A stretch of DNA of 24,000 nt. It comes from Aquitalea palustris. Lineage in GTDB: Bacteria; Pseudomonadota; Gammaproteobacteria; Burkholderiales; Chromobacteriaceae. Shown here one piece after another: positions 1 through 9,600 of this stretch (the first letter of the stretch is position 1; every line of letters starts with the position of its first letter). Made by a program: the position numbers and the translations under genes. The notes under the pieces are model-generated. The model had not been told where the DNA came from and did not search any database. It saw nothing but the letters and a program-made list of their open reading frames with translations. The stretch covers positions 20,354-44,353 of the forward strand of contig NZ_RFAR01000068.1 of assembly GCF_003693445.1 (NCBI RefSeq). The letters are read 5' to 3'.

Positions 1-711
1 GCCGGCGTGATAGCGTGGCTGGGCGGCGCCCGGCCGCAAACCCAGCAAGCGGTGCAGGGTTTGTGCCTGTTGCGGCAGCTGGGCACGCACGCTGTCCGCA
101 ACCGGCAGGCTATCGCGGGCATTGCGTACCGATTCACTCAGGCGGGCGGCGGCCTTGCCGGTTGGTGCCGCCATGGCCATCACCTGCGGCCGCTCCGCCA
201 GCATGGCCAGCATCGCCAGCAAACGCACCACCGTAGTGGTTTTGCCAGTACCCGGGCCACCTGACACCACCAGCAGACGCTGGCGTGCGGCCAAGGCAGC
301 GGCCAGCTTTTGCCTATCCGGCTGCCCGGCCGGCAGCGCAGGAAACAGCTGGTGCAGCACCGGCTCCAGCGTGCTGGCCGGCAGCGGCCGGTGGTCGGCC
401 GCCAGCTGTGCCAGCTTGTGTGCCAGGCTCTGTTCGTCAAACCAGTGGCGGGCGAAATACAGCCGCCCGGCCGCATCCAGAATCAGCGGGGCATAACTGC
501 CTGGCGCGCCCAGCACCGGAGAAGCCTGCAGCAGGCGACGCTCCGCCCGGTGGGCAATGGGCAGACAGACATGGCCGGCCTGATTGGCGGCGGCCAGTTC
601 GCAGACCAGCGCCAGCGTGCTGTCATCCAGCCCCGGGTCCAGCCGCAACAGCAGCCGGGATAGCTGCTGCGGCAACAGGGGGGCTGTTAGCGTCTGGGGG
701 GAATCACTCAT
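1..711 (-). CDS. recD: RecD, exodeoxyribonuclease V alpha subunit (N-terminal 237 codons; the gene runs off the window at position 1)
   Basis: This ORF is not in the track because it is open at the window edge. My hand translation of the minus strand from the ATG at 711..709 is open for all 237 codons. It reads MSDSPQTLTAP...AGHVCLPIAH...GRLYFARHWFDEQ...RQRLLVVSGGPGTGKTTTVVRLLAML...AAPTGKAAARLSES...TLHRLLGLRPG...RYHAG. The Walker A box lies at about 232..270. The GHVCLP, LY..R.W and AAPTGKAAARL blocks are collinear with E. coli RecD. Confidence 0.9.
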   Translation of the reverse strand, partial: MSDSPQTLTAPLLPQQLSRLLLRLDPGLDDSTLALVCELAAANQAGHVCLPIAHRAERRLLQASPVLGAPGSYAPLILDAAGRLYFARHWFDEQSLAHKLAQLAADHRPLPASTLEPVLHQLFPALPAGQPDRQKLAAALAARQRLLVVSGGPGTGKTTTVVRLLAMLAMLAERPQVMAMAAPTGKAAARLSESVRNARDSLPVADSVRAQLPQQAQTLHRLLGLRPGAAQPRYHAG

Positions 712-1436
712 GCGCGGGATTTCTGGAAAATGGCCTTGAGTTTGCCATTGGCCTGCAACTGGCTGATGGCGCGATTGAGGGCCGGCAGCCATTGGCGGAA
801 TTGCGGGTGCAAACGCAACATGACCGGCTGTGAGCTGATCATGCCGCCCGGCTCGCAGCGCAGCTCCTCCGGGGCCTGTGTCAGCCGTTCGATCTGGCGG
901 CGCTCCAGCACCACGGCCTGCAACCGGCCAAGGCGCAATTTGCTGAGGACTTCGTTTTCGCTCTGCGACATCTCGTAGTGCACCCCGTGGCGGGCCAGCT
1001 CGGATTCAAAGGCGCTCAGCGGCTGTCCCTGCAGCAGGCCGATGGTCTGGCCGTGCAGCTCGTCCAGCGAGCGCCCGCTGCGGCCATTGATGCGGCCACA
1101 CAGCTGGTAATCCAGCGTACCGATGGGCAGGGTATAAAAACCGCCAACCGGCGACAGGCTGCGCCAGGCCGGATTGACGCCGACTTCCACATCCAGCCGG
1201 GCCACTTCGAACAGCTGCTGGATACGCAGTGCCGGATAGTACTCGATATCGAAACGCACCCCGCTGAGCTTGCCAATCTGCTCCAGCGCCTCGCGATAGA
1301 TGCCGGCCATCGGGCTGTCCGGGGTGAAATTGTAGGGGCCGGCATTATCCACCACCACGCCGGCACGCAGGGTGATGTCGGCTGCCTGCGCCGGCAACAG
1401 CCACAGACAGCAGCACAGCAACAGAAAACTACGCAC
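708..1436 (-). CDS. Orphan periplasmic solute-binding protein (family-3 / PBPb-like) with a signal peptide
   Basis: This is the 3' part of track ORF 708..1646. GTG at 1436 gives (M)RSFLLLCCCLWLLPAQA|ADITL, a classical signal peptide. ATG at 1490 is an alternative start. The mature part (YNFTPDSPMAGIYREALEQIGKLSGVRFDIEYYPALRIQQLFEVARLDVEVGVNPAWR...) looks like amino-acid-type binding proteins. No permease or ATPase gene is adjacent. Its TGA stop (708..710) overlaps the recD ATG (709..711). Confidence 0.6.
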   Translation of the reverse strand: MRSFLLLCCCLWLLPAQAADITLRAGVVVDNAGPYNFTPDSPMAGIYREALEQIGKLSGVRFDIEYYPALRIQQLFEVARLDVEVGVNPAWRSLSPVGGFYTLPIGTLDYQLCGRINGRSGRSLDELHGQTIGLLQGQPLSAFESELARHGVHYEMSQSENEVLSKLRLGRLQAVVLERRQIERLTQAPEELRCEPGGMISSQPVMLRLHPQFRQWLPALNRAISQLQANGKLKAIFQKSRA

Positions 1437-2913
1437 CCAACCTTGCCTCCAGCGCCGCGCAAATGGTGCTGAGCACCTTGATGCGCGCATAGTATTTGTT
1501 ATTGGCTTCCACCAGCGTCCACGGCACCTTGCTGGTGCTGGTGCGATCGACCATATCGCTGACCGCCAGCTTGTAGGCATTCCACTTTTCACGGTTGCGC
1601 CAGTCTTCTTCGGTAATCTTGAAGCGTTTGAAGCCGGTTTCCTCACGCAGCTTGAAACGCGCCATCTGTTCCTCGTTGCTGATGGCCAGCCAGAATTTCA
1701 GCACCACGGCGCCGTTTTCACTCAGCTGGTGCTCGAAGTCGTTGATTTCATAATAGGCACGCATCCAGTCACGTTCCTGGGCGAAGCCTTCCACCCGCTC
1801 CACCAGCACGCGGCCATACCAGGTGCGGTCGAAGATGGTGATGCCGCCCTTGCCCGGCACCTGGCGCCAGAAACGCCACAGCCAGGGTTTGACGCGTTCT
1901 TCCTCGGTGGGGGCAGCCACCGGTACCACACGGTAGCTGCGCGCATCCAGCGCCTGGGTAATGCGGCGGATGGTACCGCCCTTGCCGGCGGCGTCATTGC
2001 CTTCGAAGGCCAGTACCAGCGAATGGTTCTTGAAACGCTCGTCGCGGGTCAGCTTGCTCAGGCGGCCCTGCAGCTCGGCCAGCCGGGTCTTGTACTCGGC
2101 CTTGTCCATGTTCTGGTCCAGTTGCAGGGTGTCCAGAATGACCTTGTCGTCGATGGGTGCCAGCAGCGGCGGTGCTTCCGACACATCCACCGCAGTACCG
2201 TGCTGGTTGATGCGGTTGCGGATGGCCTTGAGAATGGTCTGACCCACCGTCAGGCTGCGGAAATTGGCGTCTTCGCCATCCACCACGATCCACGGCGCGT
2301 AAGCGGTATTGGTCAGGCGGATCATGTGTTCGCCGTATTTGCGGATGGTGTCGTAGCGCTCCATATTGGCCTTGTCATCCTCCGTCACGCGCCAGCGGGT
2401 GGCCGGATCCTTTTCCAGCTCTTTCAGCCGCTTGCGCTGCTTGTCCTTGGTCAGGTGAAACCAGAACTTGAGGATCAGCGCACCATCCTGGCTGATCATG
2501 CGTTCCAGCCGCATGATGTCGAAGATTTCGCGGTCGAAGGCGTCGTGGTCGATCTCATCGTAAACACGATCGAACAGCGCATCGGAATAATAGGAGCCAA
2601 AAAACATGCCGATGCGGCCCTTGGCCGGCAGCTTTTGCCAGTAGCGCCACATCCAGGGCCGGGCGCGTTCTTCGTCATTGGCCGAGGCAAACGCCACGGT
2701 GTCGATCAGCCGCGGGTCCAGCCATTCGTTGATGAGGTTCATGGTTTCGCCACGGCCGGCACCATCAAAGCCGTGAATCAGGATCAGCACCGGGAAATCG
2801 GCCTTTTCCTTCAGGTCGTACTGCACGTCCAGCAAGGCTTCGCGCAATAGCGGCACTTGCTCGCGATAGTTCTCTTTGCTGATGCTGTGGCCGATTTCTG
2901 CCGATTCAAACAT
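1429..2913 (-). CDS. ppk2: Two-domain polyphosphate kinase 2 (class II, polyphosphate:AMP phosphotransferase type)
   Basis: The 494-aa ORF carries two tandem PPK2 domains. The N-terminal P-loop is degenerate (ILIHGFDGAGRGE). The C-terminal P-loop is canonical (LAFEGNDAAGKGGTIRR). Size and architecture match the fused PPK2s such as A. johnsonii PAP and P. aeruginosa PA3455. A GGGAG Shine-Dalgarno lies about 7 nt upstream of the ATG. Confidence 0.85.
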   Translation of the reverse strand: MFESAEIGHSISKENYREQVPLLREALLDVQYDLKEKADFPVLILIHGFDGAGRGETMNLINEWLDPRLIDTVAFASANDEERARPWMWRYWQKLPAKGRIGMFFGSYYSDALFDRVYDEIDHDAFDREIFDIMRLERMISQDGALILKFWFHLTKDKQRKRLKELEKDPATRWRVTEDDKANMERYDTIRKYGEHMIRLTNTAYAPWIVVDGEDANFRSLTVGQTILKAIRNRINQHGTAVDVSEAPPLLAPIDDKVILDTLQLDQNMDKAEYKTRLAELQGRLSKLTRDERFKNHSLVLAFEGNDAAGKGGTIRRITQALDARSYRVVPVAAPTEEERVKPWLWRFWRQVPGKGGITIFDRTWYGRVLVERVEGFAQERDWMRAYYEINDFEHQLSENGAVVLKFWLAISNEEQMARFKLREETGFKRFKITEEDWRNREKWNAYKLAVSDMVDRTSTSKVPWTLVEANNKYYARIKVLSTICAALEARLGA

Positions 2914-3128
2914 TCCCGTCTCCCGTCATGAACTGCCTGTTGTGTGTATTGGCCGTGGCAGGCCACAGGACCTGTGTGACGCATTTTTTACGCAACAGGG
3001 CCATTTAAATGGAAGAAATACATAGCAAGCGGGCATGTCTGGCCTGCCGTCAGGCAAGGCAGCCCTAGCCTGCTGCTAGCCAAACCTCAGTCTACTCCAT
3101 GCCATTGGCAAGGCAATGATAGTTGCAG

Positions 3129-6100
3129 TCAGCGCAACAAGCCATCCAGCTCGGCAAGTAAACCCTGTGCCGGCTGGTCATGCCAGATGCCCATGCCGGC
3201 CATGCCCATGCCGCGCAGGTAGAGATAGCGCACGCCACCAAAGCAGCTGGCGAAATCACGCCCGCGTGCGCTGAAATAGCGCTGCAGCGCCACGCAATAA
3301 ATCAGGTATTGCAGATAGTAGTGCTCGCGCGCCACCGACTGCACCAAGCACTCGGGGGCATAGTCCGTAGCCTGCTCGCCTAGGTGGTTGGATTTGTAGT
3401 CCACCAGATACACCAGCCCGTCCGCCTCGAACACCAGATCGACAAAGCCCTTGAGATAACCACGCACCGTGCGGAAATCCAGCCCGGCGGCGGCCATGCG
3501 CAAAGGCTGGGCCAGACCGTTGGCCGGATCGCTCAGCACGCGGCGCAAGGCGGCCACATCCAGCTGCCGTACCGGCAGGGTGAATTCCATTTCCACCAGC
3601 TTGCGCCCGGCAGGCACCCCGGCCAGCCTTACACCGGGGGCCAGCTCGGCATCCAGCGTCTGGCGCAGCAGCTGCAGGGCTGCCGGCTGCCAGCTATCGG
3701 CAAAACCATGGCGACGCAGCTGCTGGGCCACCACCGGCTGCAGCTGGGCATCGCTCATACCGAAATCAATGTTTTCAAACATGGCATGCAGGCAGGTACC
3801 GGCTCGAGCACCACGGGGGAAAGCAAACGGGCTATCGACTGCCAGCAGCTCGCCGCCCTCTGCCGGTGGCACCGGCAGGCCGCCGTCATGGTCTGGCCGC
3901 TCATTGGCCTTGCTGCTGCGGCCATGAGTGAGCGAGGTAAAGCTGGCCACCCGCCACGGGCTGTAAACCGGCCGCTGGAACAGGCGCGCACTATAGTCCT
4001 GCCGCGCGTCCTGCGCCAGAGGCAAGGGGTTCTGCGCGCACTCGAGCGGGCGCAGGTGCAAGGCCGCTGGCAAGCGGCTGGCCAGCGCGGCCAGTTGCTG
4101 TTCCAGCATGGCAGGGCTGAATTCCAGCTCGCGCAGGCTGGCCAGATCCGGGCAATCTGCAGCGTGCAGCAGCCAGGACAGCGCCGCCGTCTGCATGTCC
4201 TTGACCCAGCCCCAAGCCAGGTACTGGCGATGCTGGGCGCGGGTCAGCGCCACGTAGAGCAGGCGCAGCTTTTCGGCCAGCATTTCGCTGCCGGCCTGCT
4301 GGCGCACGGTGGCATCGGCCAGCACATCCGGGCTGAGCATGGCCTGCCCGGCTTCGCGGTAGCGCCAGAAGCTGGTATTGCGCCGCTCCAGTGCGCCATC
4401 CCACAGATAGGGGCAGAACACGATGGGGTATTGCAGCCCCTTGGAGGTATGGATGGTGACGATTTTCACCAGTGCGGCATCGCTTTCCAGCCGCAGCATG
4501 GCTTCCTCGCCACCAGACGGGCTGGCCACCCTGCCCTCCAGCCAGGCCAGCAAGGGCGCCATGCCGTGGCGACTGTCGCTTTCGCTTTGCAACAGCTCGG
4601 CCAGATGCGACAGATTGGTCAGCCGCCGCTCGCCATCGGGCAAGGGCAACAGGCGCAGTGGCAGTTGCTCGCGCGCCAGGAAATGCCGCCAGGCGCTCAT
4701 GAAGCCCTGCTCCAGCCAGCGCTGGTGGTCGGCGGCATTGGCCAGCAGCCGCGCCTCCCACTGTGTTTCGTCTTCCACCTCGGCCAGCAGGCGGGCGGCA
4801 TCCAGCCCGTACAGCTCGGTAACCAGTGCAGCGCGCAGCCGGCTTTCGCTGGCTGGTTCGGCCCAGGCGCGCAGCAGGGCCAGCAGCTCGGCCGCCTCCT
4901 GGCTGGCAAACACGCTTTCCTGGGTGAGCGCCACGCTGGCCACGCCGCGCTCGGCCAGGGCCTGGCGCATCTGTTCGCCCTGGCGATGGGTGGACACCAG
5001 CACGGCAATGTCACCACCACGCAAGGGCCGGCGCTGCTCGCCCTTGATGATGGCGGCCCGGTCTTGTCCGCCCAGCGTCAGCAGGCGGGCGATTTCATGG
5101 GCGCAGCCCTGTGCGCTGGCGCGGGCGGCGCTGTCCTTGTTCTGCGGCTTGTCGCCCTCCGGCGGCTGCCACAGCACGGTAAAGGCTGCGTCCTCATCCG
5201 CCACTTCCAGCACGGCACCGGAGCTGGGCGCGGCATGCACCGGCTGATAGCTGATGGCATCCAGCAAGAATGGCCGGGCACGGCCAAACAGCTGGTTGAC
5301 CACATCCACCAGCGGCGCATCCGAGCGGCGGTTGGTATCCAGCGAATATTGCTGGGTGGCGGGCGCATCCTGCCGCGCATCCAGATAGGCAAAGATATCG
5401 GCACCACGAAAGCTGTAAATCGCCTGCTTGGGGTCGCCTACCAGAAACAAGGGCCGGCCCTGCAAGGCAAAACAGCTGCGGAAGATGTCGTACTGGATGG
5501 GGTCGGTATCCTGGAATTCGTCGATCAGCGCCACGCGGAAACTGCGCGCCACGGCGGCTGCCAGTTGCGCGCCGCCCTCGGCTGCTGCCAGCGCCGCGCC
5601 CAGTTCGGTCAGCAAGTCGTCAAAGCTGCGCACCCGTTCCTGACTGCGGCGGCGGGCCAGCTCCTCGTTCACCCAGGCAATCAGTTCCAGCTTGAGCCCG
5701 GCCAGTGACAGCTGCAGCTGGGCCAGATAGCCATCCCAGGCGGTAAGCCAGTCGCCGATACGCTGGAACAACTGATGTTCCGGCGCGACAAAGCCCTTTT
5801 TCATGGCCTTGGCCAACTCTTCCGGAGTCAGTTTGCGCAGCAGCTTGAGAGCACTGTTGTCGGGAACCGGTAGGCTGTCCGGCTCGGCCAGCCATTGCTG
5901 CAGTTCAGCCATGCAACGTGCAAGTTGGGCGGGACTTAGCTTGCTGCCATGAAAACCCTCGGTGGCCAGCAGCAGATCAAAACCGCTCTGTATCACCAGC
6001 GCATCCGCCGCCAGTTGCTGCCAGCACTGCTCCAGCTGCTGCAAGGCCTGCTGCAGATCGCGCTGCGCCGGCATCACCATCTGCAGATAGGGCTTGGCCA

Positions 6101-6692
6101 GCCAGGGGCGGATTTCCGTGAGCCAGCCATCCGGGGTTTCCCCCGCCTCGGCCAATACCTGCGACAGCAAGGGGCTGGTCACCACCCGCCGCCGCCAGAA
6201 GTCGTCCACCACCTCCACCAGCAGGCGGTCGTCGTCGCTGACCAGCTCGGCGGCAAAGGTCTGGCCACTTTCAAAAGCGGCATCGGTCAGCACGCGCTGG
6301 CAGAAACCATGAATGGTATAAATGGCCGCGCCATCAAAACCGGTAATGGCCGCCAGCAGGCGCTGCTCGGCCAGATCACGGGCGGCGCCGGGGGCAAACC
6401 GCCGTGCCAGGGCCTGCAGGAAATCATTGCCCGCCTGCTTGCCCTGCAGCACCTCGAGAAAATCGCTGAGTTGCTGGCGCAGACGCTCGCGCAATTCGGC
6501 GGTGGCGGCCTTGGTGTAGGTCACCACCAGCAGGCTGTCGATGCCGGGCGGGGCTTCGCCGTTGACTTCCTCCAGCAATAGCCGCAAATACAGCGCAGCA
6601 ATGGTCCAGGTCTTGCCGGTGCCGGCCGAGGCTTCGATCAGGTTGACCCCGGCCAGCGGGCATTCCAGTGCATTCAGTACCTGCAGGCTCAT
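3129..6692 (-). CDS. recB: RecB, exodeoxyribonuclease V beta subunit (helicase-nuclease)
   Basis: Track ORF 3129..6851, with the start moved to M54 (MSLQVLNALECPLAGVNLIEASAGTGKTW). That ATG forms an ATGA overlap with the recC stop (tcat at 6689..6692 on the + strand). Helicase motif I (ASAGTGKT), motif II (LIDEFQDTD) and the C-terminal nuclease block (GFVDLVF...YLVDYKSN...YYLQYLIY) are all present. Confidence 0.95.
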   Translation of the reverse strand: MSLQVLNALECPLAGVNLIEASAGTGKTWTIAALYLRLLLEEVNGEAPPGIDSLLVVTYTKAATAELRERLRQQLSDFLEVLQGKQAGNDFLQALARRFAPGAARDLAEQRLLAAITGFDGAAIYTIHGFCQRVLTDAAFESGQTFAAELVSDDDRLLVEVVDDFWRRRVVTSPLLSQVLAEAGETPDGWLTEIRPWLAKPYLQMVMPAQRDLQQALQQLEQCWQQLAADALVIQSGFDLLLATEGFHGSKLSPAQLARCMAELQQWLAEPDSLPVPDNSALKLLRKLTPEELAKAMKKGFVAPEHQLFQRIGDWLTAWDGYLAQLQLSLAGLKLELIAWVNEELARRRSQERVRSFDDLLTELGAALAAAEGGAQLAAAVARSFRVALIDEFQDTDPIQYDIFRSCFALQGRPLFLVGDPKQAIYSFRGADIFAYLDARQDAPATQQYSLDTNRRSDAPLVDVVNQLFGRARPFLLDAISYQPVHAAPSSGAVLEVADEDAAFTVLWQPPEGDKPQNKDSAARASAQGCAHEIARLLTLGGQDRAAIIKGEQRRPLRGGDIAVLVSTHRQGEQMRQALAERGVASVALTQESVFASQEAAELLALLRAWAEPASESRLRAALVTELYGLDAARLLAEVEDETQWEARLLANAADHQRWLEQGFMSAWRHFLAREQLPLRLLPLPDGERRLTNLSHLAELLQSESDSRHGMAPLLAWLEGRVASPSGGEEAMLRLESDAALVKIVTIHTSKGLQYPIVFCPYLWDGALERRNTSFWRYREAGQAMLSPDVLADATVRQQAGSEMLAEKLRLLYVALTRAQHRQYLAWGWVKDMQTAALSWLLHAADCPDLASLRELEFSPAMLEQQLAALASRLPAALHLRPLECAQNPLPLAQDARQDYSARLFQRPVYSPWRVASFTSLTHGRSSKANERPDHDGGLPVPPAEGGELLAVDSPFAFPRGARAGTCLHAMFENIDFGMSDAQLQPVVAQQLRRHGFADSWQPAALQLLRQTLDAELAPGVRLAGVPAGRKLVEMEFTLPVRQLDVAALRRVLSDPANGLAQPLRMAAAGLDFRTVRGYLKGFVDLVFEADGLVYLVDYKSNHLGEQATDYAPECLVQSVAREHYYLQYLIYCVALQRYFSARGRDFASCFGGVRYLYLRGMGMAGMGIWHDQPAQGLLAELDGLLR

Positions 6693-9600
6693 GCCTGGCC
6701 CTCCAGCCGCGCCAGCAGCGGCAATAACAGTGTTTCGGCCAATTGGGCAAACAGCGGGTCGGCCAGCGGGTCGAGATGGCGGAACACCAGCCGGTTCACC
6801 GGTTCCTCGCATTGCGCAGTGGCAAAATCGCCGACAAAGCTGGGGTCCCATTTATCCAGCGCCTTGGCCAGCGCCAATTGCGGTGCGCTGTCCAGCTTGT
6901 ACAGCTGCTCGGCATAGGCCCAACTGGTGCGGCCAAAAAACGGCAGCGGCTGCTGCTGGCCCTGCTGCCAACGCACCACCCAGGGCGAGAGCAAGGCCAG
7001 GGCGTCCGGCTCGTCGTCCAGCCGCAGGTGGCCGCTGTCGTCATACAGCACTGACTGGCAGGCAATGCCGGCCGGACGCATGGCACATAACAAGAGATGA
7101 GTCAGCCACCACTCCAGCCGCTCGGCAGCATTCATCTTGCCGATCACCAGCCGGATCTGCCCTTCGGCCCGCAACCCGCCCAGCTCCCCGGCCAGGGTCA
7201 GGCCATGCAGCTGGATATTCACCGGCTGCGGCGGCAGCGTCGCTTCGCTCAGTACTGCGGGCAGCCGGTATGCCAGCCGCGCCGCACTGGCACTTTCACT
7301 GCCAAGCCAGGCCTGGCCAAGTGCAGCTGGTGGCAGCAGGCCTGCACCGGCAAGCCGCTGCTTGACCGGAGCCACCGGCTTGCCGGCCAGCATGCGTTCC
7401 ACCAGCTGGCTGCGCAGGGTGCGACTGGCGTCGCGATCCACGCTGAATGGCTCACGCACCGGCAGCGCATCCTGCTGGCCTTGCAGGCGAATGGCCAGAC
7501 GCTCGGCCAGCCAGGCACGCGGCGGGTTTTTCCAGAAGCGGATGAAGTCATTGACATGCACCACGCTGCTGCCCGGCAAGGGCGGCAGCTCAGTAGCAAA
7601 AGGCCGGGGCTGGCTGGGCGGGGCTGCCAGTGCCTGGGCAAAGCTGGGCTCGAAACTGGCCAGTCGTGCTTCGACCCCGTCATAGCAGCGTGGCGAAAAC
7701 GGCTGCAAGGGATGGCGTAACAGCAGCTGCGCGGTGGCCACATCACCGCACATGGCCTTGAAGCAGTCCTGCAATTCGGCAATCAGCGGCGATGGCGGCA
7801 GCGATTCGTTATTGCGTGCCGACAAGCCGACATAAGACAGATACAGCCGCTGGCGGGCCGACAGAATGGCTTCCAGAAACAGGTAGCGGTCGTCAAAGCG
7901 GCGCGAGCGGTCACCACGGCGCGGATGGCGCGCCACCAGATCAAAGCTGACCGGGCGCTCATCACGCGGATAGGCACCGTCGTTCATGCCGATCAGGCAC
8001 AACACCCGAAAGGGAATCGAGCGCATCGGCACCATGGCGCAGAAGGTGATGCCGCCGGACAGAAAGCCCAGCGGCGAGGCCACGGTGAGCTTGCGCTGCA
8101 GCCAGTCGCGCAGCACGGCCAGGCTGAAGGGCTGGGCAAAGTCGGCCATGGCGGCATCGTCTACCAGCTCCTGCAGGGCATCGCGTAATACTTCCAGCGC
8201 CAGTTCGCCATCTTCGTCCACCGCAAACAGGCGGTCGGTGGCCAGCAGCAGCCGCTCGGCCCAGCCGGCCGCAGTCGCTGGCGTGGCCCAGTCGCGGGCC
8301 AGCTCATCCAGCAGCGCATAGCAGCTGGCAAAGCGCGCCAGGGCCTCGCTCAGCTGGCCGCTGGCACCGGCTTGCGGCAACAGCCCAGCGAACAGTCCGC
8401 TGTCATCGCCGGCCATGGCTGGTGGCAGGATGCTGCCCAGCAGCAGGCGGTCCAGCCCCCAGCGCCAGGTAAACAGCGGATCGGCCGGCAGGCCCAGTGC
8501 CGCCTTGTGCGCGGCATCGCGCCCCCAGCGAATACCACTGGCCCGTACCCAGTCCTGGATGAAGGGCAGGTCTTCCGCAGTCAGGCCAAAGCGCTGCAAC
8601 AATGCCGGGCTGTCGAGCAAGGCCAGTACCTGGTCGGCGGTAAAGCGTGAATCCAGCAAGTGCAGCAGATTGCCGATGGCGGCCAGCAGCGGCTCTTCGC
8701 GCTCCACGCGGCGGTCGGCAATGGCATAGGGCAGATTGGGCGCATCGTCGCGCTGGCCGAATACCGCATCGATATAGGGTGCGTAGCTGTTGATGTCCGG
8801 CGTCAGTACCGCAATATCGGCGGCGCTGAGTGTGGGGTCGTCCGCCAGCATGGCCAGCAGCCGGTCTTTCAGTACTTCCAGTTCGCGCATGGCACCGTGG
8901 GTGGCATGCAGCTCGATCGAGGCATCGTCCGGGCTCAGCCACTGGCCATCATGGCCGGGCATGTCCAGCTGCAGGATATCGCGCTGCAGGCGGGCCAGCA
9001 GGCTGTCGTCGGTGGCCTCGGCAAACAGCGGGCGGGCATCCAGCTCGGCATCGGCGGCGATCAGCTCGAAAAAGTCGCGTCCCTGCTTGCCCAGCGAGGC
9101 CAGCAGCGGGTGGCCTTCGGTAGCGAACAGGTCGCCCTTTTCCCGCAGTTTGAGCTTGCGGCGGGTATCGACGATATCGCCCCAGTAGGCTTCGCAGGGA
9201 TTGAGGGTGAACAGGCAGACATCAGTCAGCTCGGCCAGCCGCTTGATCAGCGCCAGATACATCGGGGCCAGGCTGGCAATGCCAAACAGGGTAATGCGCT
9301 CCGGCAGATGCTCCGGACGCAGCTCGGCAAAGAACTCGTCCAGCATGCGCACGCGGTGGCGGCCGGGGTCCTGCGCGGCCAGCTGCTGCCAGAGTGCGGC
9401 CTGCCAGGCTTCATCCTCGCCCAGATCCAGCCGCTCGCCGCGTTCCCAGGCGCGAATCCAGTCCGGGCGGAATACCAGGTATTGGTCGAAAATATCGGCC
9501 ACCTTGCCGGCCAGCTCGAAAGCAGCCGTCTCGCCACCAGCGGCATAACGCTGCAAGGGCGCAAACACCTCGCCTTCCAGCGTGGGCAGCAGTTGCAGCA

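Noticed and set aside
1437-1646. An upstream extension of the binding-protein ORF (MRKPASNASRLPKK...).
   Set aside because: It overlaps the PPK2 C-terminal coding region and is Arg/Trp/Ser-rich. The signal peptide starts right at the GTG at 1436 (or possibly ATG 1490).
1372-2850. A long antisense ORF (492 aa, + strand) opposite the PPK2 gene. The same phenomenon appears at 3384..5708 (+), 8660..9961 (+), 11359..12567 (-), 13056..13937 (+), 14829..15926 (-), 16087..17334 (-), 22174..23574 (+) and 22692..23597 (+).
   Set aside because: Each lies exactly opposite a gene with strong family motifs. Their translations are Arg/Ala/Gly/Pro/Gln-rich and low in complexity, with no recognisable domains. 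Such mirror ORFs are expected in high-GC DNA because stop codons are rare on the antisense strand.
2914-3128. A possible terminator or promoter between recB and the PPK2 gene. Small hairpins include gcctg-acgg-caggc and ctagc-agcag-gctag on the minus strand, plus an AT-rich stretch around 2981..3030.
   Set aside because: The stems are only 5 bp and none is followed by a U-tract. The best -35/-10 combinations I could align have wrong spacing or at most 3 of 6 matches. Whether transcription terminates or re-initiates here cannot be decided from sequence.
6693-6851. A 53-codon N-terminal extension of the recB ORF (MGPQLCRRFCHCAMRG...).
   Set aside because: It lies entirely inside the recC coding region. 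The conserved RecB N-terminus begins at MSLQVLN, whose ATG forms the ATGA overlap with the recC stop.
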